Positions 33,605-34,790 of a DNA stretch of 34,790 nucleotides are shown here, piece by piece. Source of the DNA: Deltaproteobacteria bacterium. Lineage in GTDB: Bacteria > Myxococcota_A > UBA9160 > SMWR01. The position numbers and the translations under genes are program-made. The stretch is from positions 1 to 34,790 of the forward strand of contig JAFDAW010000017.1 in the NCBI GenBank assembly GCA_019313605.1, given 5' to 3'. Every line of letters starts with the position of its first letter. Within the stretch, counting starts at the first letter, position 1. Under the pieces are notes generated by a model. That model was not told where the DNA came from. It searched no databases and was given only the letters and a program-made list of their open reading frames with translations.

Positions 33605-34790
33605 GCGGCTTGTCGCTGAGCAGCATCGTTGCGATGCCCTTCATTGCAGCAGTCATCCTGCTGTTCATTCCGGACCGCAACCGCCTTGGAGTGCGCGTGG
33701 TTGCGCTCCTCGGTGCCGGCTATTCGCTGCTCGGCAGCTGTCTGGTCGCACTGCGCTACGACCTCGCCGCAGGCGGCTTCCAGATGGCCGAAACCCACGC
33801 GCTGGTACCCAGCTTCGGGATCGCGTTCCGGTTCGCGGTCGACGGTTGGGGGGTGTCGCTGCTGCTCTTGACCGGCCTGGTCATCGTGGCCGGCGTGCTC
33901 GCGAGCTGGACGCTCGACGATCGCTCGAAGAATTTCTTCATCACGCTTCTGGTCCTGGTAACCGGCGTCTTCGGCGTCTTCGTCTCGCAGGATCTTTTCG
34001 TCTTCTTTCTCTTCTACGAAATTGCCGTCCTGCCCATGTACCTGTTGATCGGCATCTGGGGCAGCAGCCACGCGGTGACCGAGGCCGGCCCCTTCAAGTA
34101 CGTCTGGAGACTCTTCGACATCGGGGGCCGCGAGTACGCGGCGATGAAGCTCACCTTGATGCTGTTGGTGGGTTCGGCGTTCATCATCGCGGTGATGCTC
34201 GCGATGTACCTGGCGACCGGTGCGGGCAGCTTCGATATGCGGATACTCGGCTCATTCGATTACGACCGCTCGCTGCAGATGTGGTGTTTCCCGCTGCTCT
34301 GGCTCGGCTTTGGAGCGCTCGCGGGCGTCTTCCCGTTCCACACCTGGTCCCCGGATGGGCACGCCTCTGCGCCCACCGCGGTATCGATGCTGCACGCGGG
34401 CGTGCTGATGAAACTCGGCGCCTTCGGGATCATGCGCGTCGGATTCATCATGCTGCCCGAGGGTGCCATCGCGTGGGCACCGCTCGTCGGTTGTGTCGCG
34501 GTGGTCAACATCGTCTACGGCGCCCTGGCAGCCATGAGTCAGCGAGATCTGAAATATGTCGTCGCCTACTCATCGGTGAGTCACATGGGCGTCGTGATGC
34601 TCGGCGCAGCGACCCTGACGGTCGAGGGCTGGAACGGAGCCGTCTTTCAGATGTTCGCGCACGGTCTGATGACCGGCCTCTTCTTTGCGCTCGTCGGCCT
34701 CGTCTACGGCCGCTCTCACACCCGCCACATACCGTCCATGGGGGGCTTCGGGCTGCGCATGCCCGCGATTGCGACATTTTTCACGCTCGC
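33601..34790 (+). CDS. nuoM: NADH-quinone oxidoreductase subunit M (partial, continues past the window)
   Basis: Hand translation from GTG 33601 (GTGA overlap with nuoL) is open to the window end. It contains FPFHTWSPDGHASAPTAVSMLHAGVLMKLGAFG and VAYSSVSHMG. Missing from the ORF track because no stop lies within the window. Confidence 0.9.
   Translation, partial: MSGLSLSSIVAMPFIAAVILLFIPDRNRLGVRVVALLGAGYSLLGSCLVALRYDLAAGGFQMAETHALVPSFGIAFRFAVDGWGVSLLLLTGLVIVAGVLASWTLDDRSKNFFITLLVLVTGVFGVFVSQDLFVFFLFYEIAVLPMYLLIGIWGSSHAVTEAGPFKYVWRLFDIGGREYAAMKLTLMLLVGSAFIIAVMLAMYLATGAGSFDMRILGSFDYDRSLQMWCFPLLWLGFGALAGVFPFHTWSPDGHASAPTAVSMLHAGVLMKLGAFGIMRVGFIMLPEGAIAWAPLVGCVAVVNIVYGALAAMSQRDLKYVVAYSSVSHMGVVMLGAATLTVEGWNGAVFQMFAHGLMTGLFFALVGLVYGRSHTRHIPSMGGFGLRMPAIATFFTL

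Overview
GC-rich chromosomal segment from a diderm bacterium, mostly housekeeping and accessory metabolism, with no clear prophage, IS element or CRISPR array. Gene order, left to right:
(1) A seven-gene plus-strand operon. A partner-switching trio (GAF-PP2C phosphatase, RsbW-like kinase, STAS protein) is translationally coupled to an Mla/MCE-type ABC lipid transporter (permease, ATPase, MCE protein, PqiC-like lipoprotein).
(2) Two long palindromic elements, then a membrane protein.
(3) A minus-strand redox trio: SDR, FNR-type reductase with a 2Fe-2S domain, and a PPOX-family protein.
(4) A 3D-domain protein, a ZIP metal transporter, a lysine-repeat/RHH-like small protein and a MORN-repeat protein.
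(5) Quinone oxidoreductase, M20 amidohydrolase, gamma-carbonic-anhydrase-like protein and a TetR regulator. Four copies of a structured two-hairpin repeat are interspersed among these.
(6) A roughly 500-nt non-coding gap.
(7) A minus-strand CBS / GNAT / E2-like acyltransferase / J-like chaperone cluster.
(8) yhbY-like gene plus an HExxH lipoprotein, fhs, and a GT2-like glycosyltransferase.
(9) A tRNA(CAU) and a diverged copy of its 3' half, bracketing an MBL-fold gene.
(10) An 11-subunit-type complex I operon, nuoABCDHIJKLM, with no nuoEFG. It runs off the right edge.
Several genes carry discrete lesions: a 23-bp tandem duplication, a single-base frameshift, an out-of-frame deletion in nuoL, and an in-frame loss of the HPD loop in the J-domain. 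These indicate either gene decay or sequence and assembly errors.
The most system-like novelty is the STAS partner-switch wired directly to the Mla-type transporter.
All calls rest on motif recognition by eye. No database searches were run.
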